A model generated the notes under the pieces. It had not been told where the DNA came from and searched no databases. It worked only from the letters and a program-made list of their open reading frames with translations. Below are positions 61,273 to 64,000 of a DNA stretch of 64,000 bases, piece after piece. Numbering within the stretch: position 1 is the stretch's first letter; each line of letters begins with the position of its first letter. Origin of the DNA: Acidimicrobiia bacterium. Its GTDB lineage: Bacteria > Actinomycetota > Acidimicrobiia > Acidimicrobiales > JANYDT01. A program made the position numbers and the translations under genes. The stretch lies in NCBI GenBank assembly GCA_031429095.1, contig JANOYY010000049.1, positions 9,712-73,711 of the forward strand. Reading direction: 5' to 3'.

Positions 61273-63972
61273 CTATCGTTCGAGCCTGCCGCGACTGGGA
61301 AAGTTCAAAACACGGTCGTCTGGAACGAGCGGTTGCTCCGGTGGAGTCATCTCCAATTGTGCATCGTCGTCGATACTTTGGCGAAGTACTTCAAGGTTGA
61401 TACGGGTCGTGCACGTGTCGGGGTGATCGACGCCGAGAGCTCGCTCCAAATCGATAAGTACACGTTCGGTCAACTCGATCGCCTCAACGGTCCGGCCTAC
61501 CGACCACAGGCATGTCGCGAGGTTGGCTCGCGTATTCAGGGTATCTGGATGGTCATTGCCGAGAACCCTGACAAGGTCGCCGATAACCTGCTCATTGGCT
61601 TCGATCGCTTCCGTGAATCGTGACGTCGACCAGTAGCAGGTGGCGAGATTGGCTCGCGTGGTCAAGGTGTCCGGATGTTCCAAGCCGAGAACCTCGTCAC
61701 GAGCAGCAAGCACCAATTCCAACATCGAAACTGCTTCGTCACTGCGCCCCGACGCCCAGAGACACGTCGCAAGGTTCGCACGGGTGGTGAGCGTCTCCGG
61801 ATGATCGGTACCCAGAACGCGGCTTCGCGCCTCCAGCACCTTTTCGTTCACGCCAACTGCATCATCGACGCGGCCGATTGCCTGGTACGACGACGCCAGG
61901 TTGGAAAGACTTGTCAGCGTGTCGGGGTCTTCGAGTCCCACAATGCGCTCATAGCTGTGCACAATCGCCTGATTGAGTTCCACGGCATCGTTTGTCCGTC
62001 CAGCGGCAAGATACGCCGCAGCAAGATTCGACCGCGTGGCGAGTGTGTCGAGGCTCTCGGCACCGAGCGCTCGTTCGTGCTGACCGAGCACTTGTTGGCT
62101 CAAGGCAATCGCTTCTGTCGGTCGTCCGGCGGTCAGGTACGCGGCAGCAAGATTCGACCGTGTACTTAGTGTATCGGGATGCGATTCTCCCAAGATTCGT
62201 TCGAGCTGCGCAAGGAGGTGCGCGAGTACCAGAAGACTTTCTTCCATCCGGGCCGGCGAACGGTACACTAAGTTCGCATATGTTTCGTTTATCGACCGTA
62301 TGACAGCGGCGAGACTGTCTCGCGCCGACACCGTGTCGGGATGATTGTCGCCAAACATACGTATGTGATCTGCCAAGACCTTTTCGTTCAACGCGAAGGC
62401 TTCGGGGTACCGACCAGCCGACTGGTAAGCCAACGCTAGATTCGAACGAGTGGTGATCGTGTTGGGATGATCGGTCCCCAGGATGCGCTCGTGATCGACA
62501 AGCACCCGTTCCATCAGTGCTACTGCCTCATTATGTCGGCCCGCTGATTGGTACGACGTCGCCAGATTTGCGCGAGTGGTAAGCGTGTAGGGATGGTCCG
62601 CACCCAGGATTCGCTCACGGTCGGCTACCACCTGTTCGAGCAAACTTAGGGCCTGGATCACCCTACCGGCCGACCAGTAGCCCGACGCCAAATTCGCCCG
62701 CGCCGTCAGGGCGTCGGGGTGATCGGCATTGGCCATGATCGCAAGTTCGGTTCGCATCCAAAGGCTGCGATGAACCTCAAGGGGTGCTTCGCGAAAGGGG
62801 AGGGCACGCAGGGCGAGCGCAAGCACGCGAAGGAGACCTGGGAAACGCGGCGCTACGCGATTGAGAAAGCTCAGGACTTCGAGCGAAACCCGAACGTCAC
62901 CTTCGGTCGTCAGCCATACCGCTGCGCTGCGACAGAGTGCGCCATTTATGTCATCACCCAACTCGGGGTCGGAGTCTGCGATGAAACGGCCACATCGGGA
63001 AAGTGTCGCGTGCATACGAACTCCCCAGATCCCACCACCAGAGGTCCTTAAAACCGAAATCAGTCCGCCTGTTTCAAGTTCCTCTATCGCCTTGATTTGA
63101 ACCGGCAGGTTCGCGAAGTTCGGAAGGAGCTCGATGGGAACGGGACCGGATCCGCACTGGGCGATCACATGCGCGAGGAGTTGTGCTCCGTGGCCGTGCC
63201 CTACAGCCAGGTGCCATAAATCGAGAAAGGTCTGATCCGAGGAAGCGTCAATGTCGGGACGAAGTGGAGCAACAAGATGTCGGATCCGATCCTCGAAGTC
63301 GGGCAGCGCTTCATCAATGTGGCGGAATCGGGCAACCATTCCGAGCGCGAGGGGTTGACACGCAAAGTGAGTTGCGAGCCGATGAAGGGCATTCATGGCC
63401 CCGGGGTACGAGTCGCGATCGTCCGAGAGCAGGTCGACAACTTCGTCTCCGTTCATCGGGCCGACATCGATCTTGCCGTCGCTGAAGCGACGCCCGATGA
63501 CCGGATTGCCGGTGGTGATAATCACCTCACCGCCGGCTCCGCGGCATGATCTGGGAATCAGACCTTCGATCGCGTCGTCACCGCTGTTGAAGCCATCAAG
63601 GACCATGATCCATGGAGCGGCGAGATTCTCAACGACCGAGCGAATTCGCCGGGTCAACCCCTCCACCGACTCGTTTTCGATGGCCGGGAGTTCCAGCTGC
63701 ATGCGCAGTTCCGAGACGGTGACCTCCAATCGATCGGGGTCGATCCACATCACCGAGAGGTTCGGGCGCGTGCGCAAACGTTCCTGGACGTAGTGCACCA
63801 CCAGCTGCGACTTCCCCATCCCTCGGTCGCCGAGGAGGACGCGCACCGAAATGCTGCTCCCGGATGGTGACACGCGTGCCAGTTCGGTGGTCCGAGGAAC
63901 ATAGCGATCGAGGAGCGGGGGGAGCAATCGTTGGACCAACGAGCCACCGCGAATCTGCGTTTCTATCGTCAC
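61273..63972 (-). CDS. STAND NTPase (NB-ARC-like) with kinesin-light-chain-type TPR array; may be 5'-partial
   Basis: GDRGMGKS, WIMVLD, IITT, QPLAL, MH; about ten 42-aa LG.DHP.TL..R.NLA repeats; frame open to the window edge. Confidence 0.88.
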   Translation of the reverse strand: MTIETQIRGGSLVQRLLPPLLDRYVPRTTELARVSPSGSSISVRVLLGDRGMGKSQLVVHYVQERLRTRPNLSVMWIDPDRLEVTVSELRMQLELPAIENESVEGLTRRIRSVVENLAAPWIMVLDGFNSGDDAIEGLIPRSCRGAGGEVIITTGNPVIGRRFSDGKIDVGPMNGDEVVDLLSDDRDSYPGAMNALHRLATHFACQPLALGMVARFRHIDEALPDFEDRIRHLVAPLRPDIDASSDQTFLDLWHLAVGHGHGAQLLAHVIAQCGSGPVPIELLPNFANLPVQIKAIEELETGGLISVLRTSGGGIWGVRMHATLSRCGRFIADSDPELGDDINGALCRSAAVWLTTEGDVRVSLEVLSFLNRVAPRFPGLLRVLALALRALPFREAPLEVHRSLWMRTELAIMANADHPDALTARANLASGYWSAGRVIQALSLLEQVVADRERILGADHPYTLTTRANLATSYQSAGRHNEAVALMERVLVDHERILGTDHPNTITTRSNLALAYQSAGRYPEAFALNEKVLADHIRMFGDNHPDTVSARDSLAAVIRSINETYANLVYRSPARMEESLLVLAHLLAQLERILGESHPDTLSTRSNLAAAYLTAGRPTEAIALSQQVLGQHERALGAESLDTLATRSNLAAAYLAAGRTNDAVELNQAIVHSYERIVGLEDPDTLTSLSNLASSYQAIGRVDDAVGVNEKVLEARSRVLGTDHPETLTTRANLATCLWASGRSDEAVSMLELVLAARDEVLGLEHPDTLTTRANLATCYWSTSRFTEAIEANEQVIGDLVRVLGNDHPDTLNTRANLATCLWSVGRTVEAIELTERVLIDLERALGVDHPDTCTTRINLEVLRQSIDDDAQLEMTPPEQPLVPDDRVLNFPSRGRLER

Positions 63973-64000
63973 GTCCTTCGAGGGCTGTCCGGTGGTTGCT

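Overview
High-GC actinobacterial chromosome segment; gene content and style suggest Acidimicrobiia (inference). The backbone is housekeeping: ilvY-ilvC, sdhCAB, greA, IclR-leuCD, serA, galE, aspartate aminotransferase, serC, mdh, hemE-hemY, a HelD-like helicase and rplM-rpsI-glmM. I found no rRNA, tRNA, CRISPR array, integrase or intact transposase. Main non-obvious signals: (1) a ~160-nt rod-shaped, 6S-like structured RNA candidate directly upstream of the RNA-polymerase-recycling helD gene; (2) three TCAA-N16-G(C/T)CGAT sigma-28 (WhiG/FliA)-type promoters, each before an exported or membrane protein with a low-complexity stalk, one being an HD-GYP/Thr-stalk/tandem-PA14 candidate c-di-GMP phosphodiesterase receptor; (3) a multiply frameshifted large surface-protein gene and an internally deleted three-segment second copy, flanking a DUF222-HNH gene with an SOS box; (4) a proteobacterial-style ilvY-ilvC divergon with operators; (5) a catalytically degenerate GH15 coupled to greA, an orphan WXG100-like gene and an NB-ARC/TPR NLR-like gene. 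All calls come from reading motifs by eye; no database searches were run.
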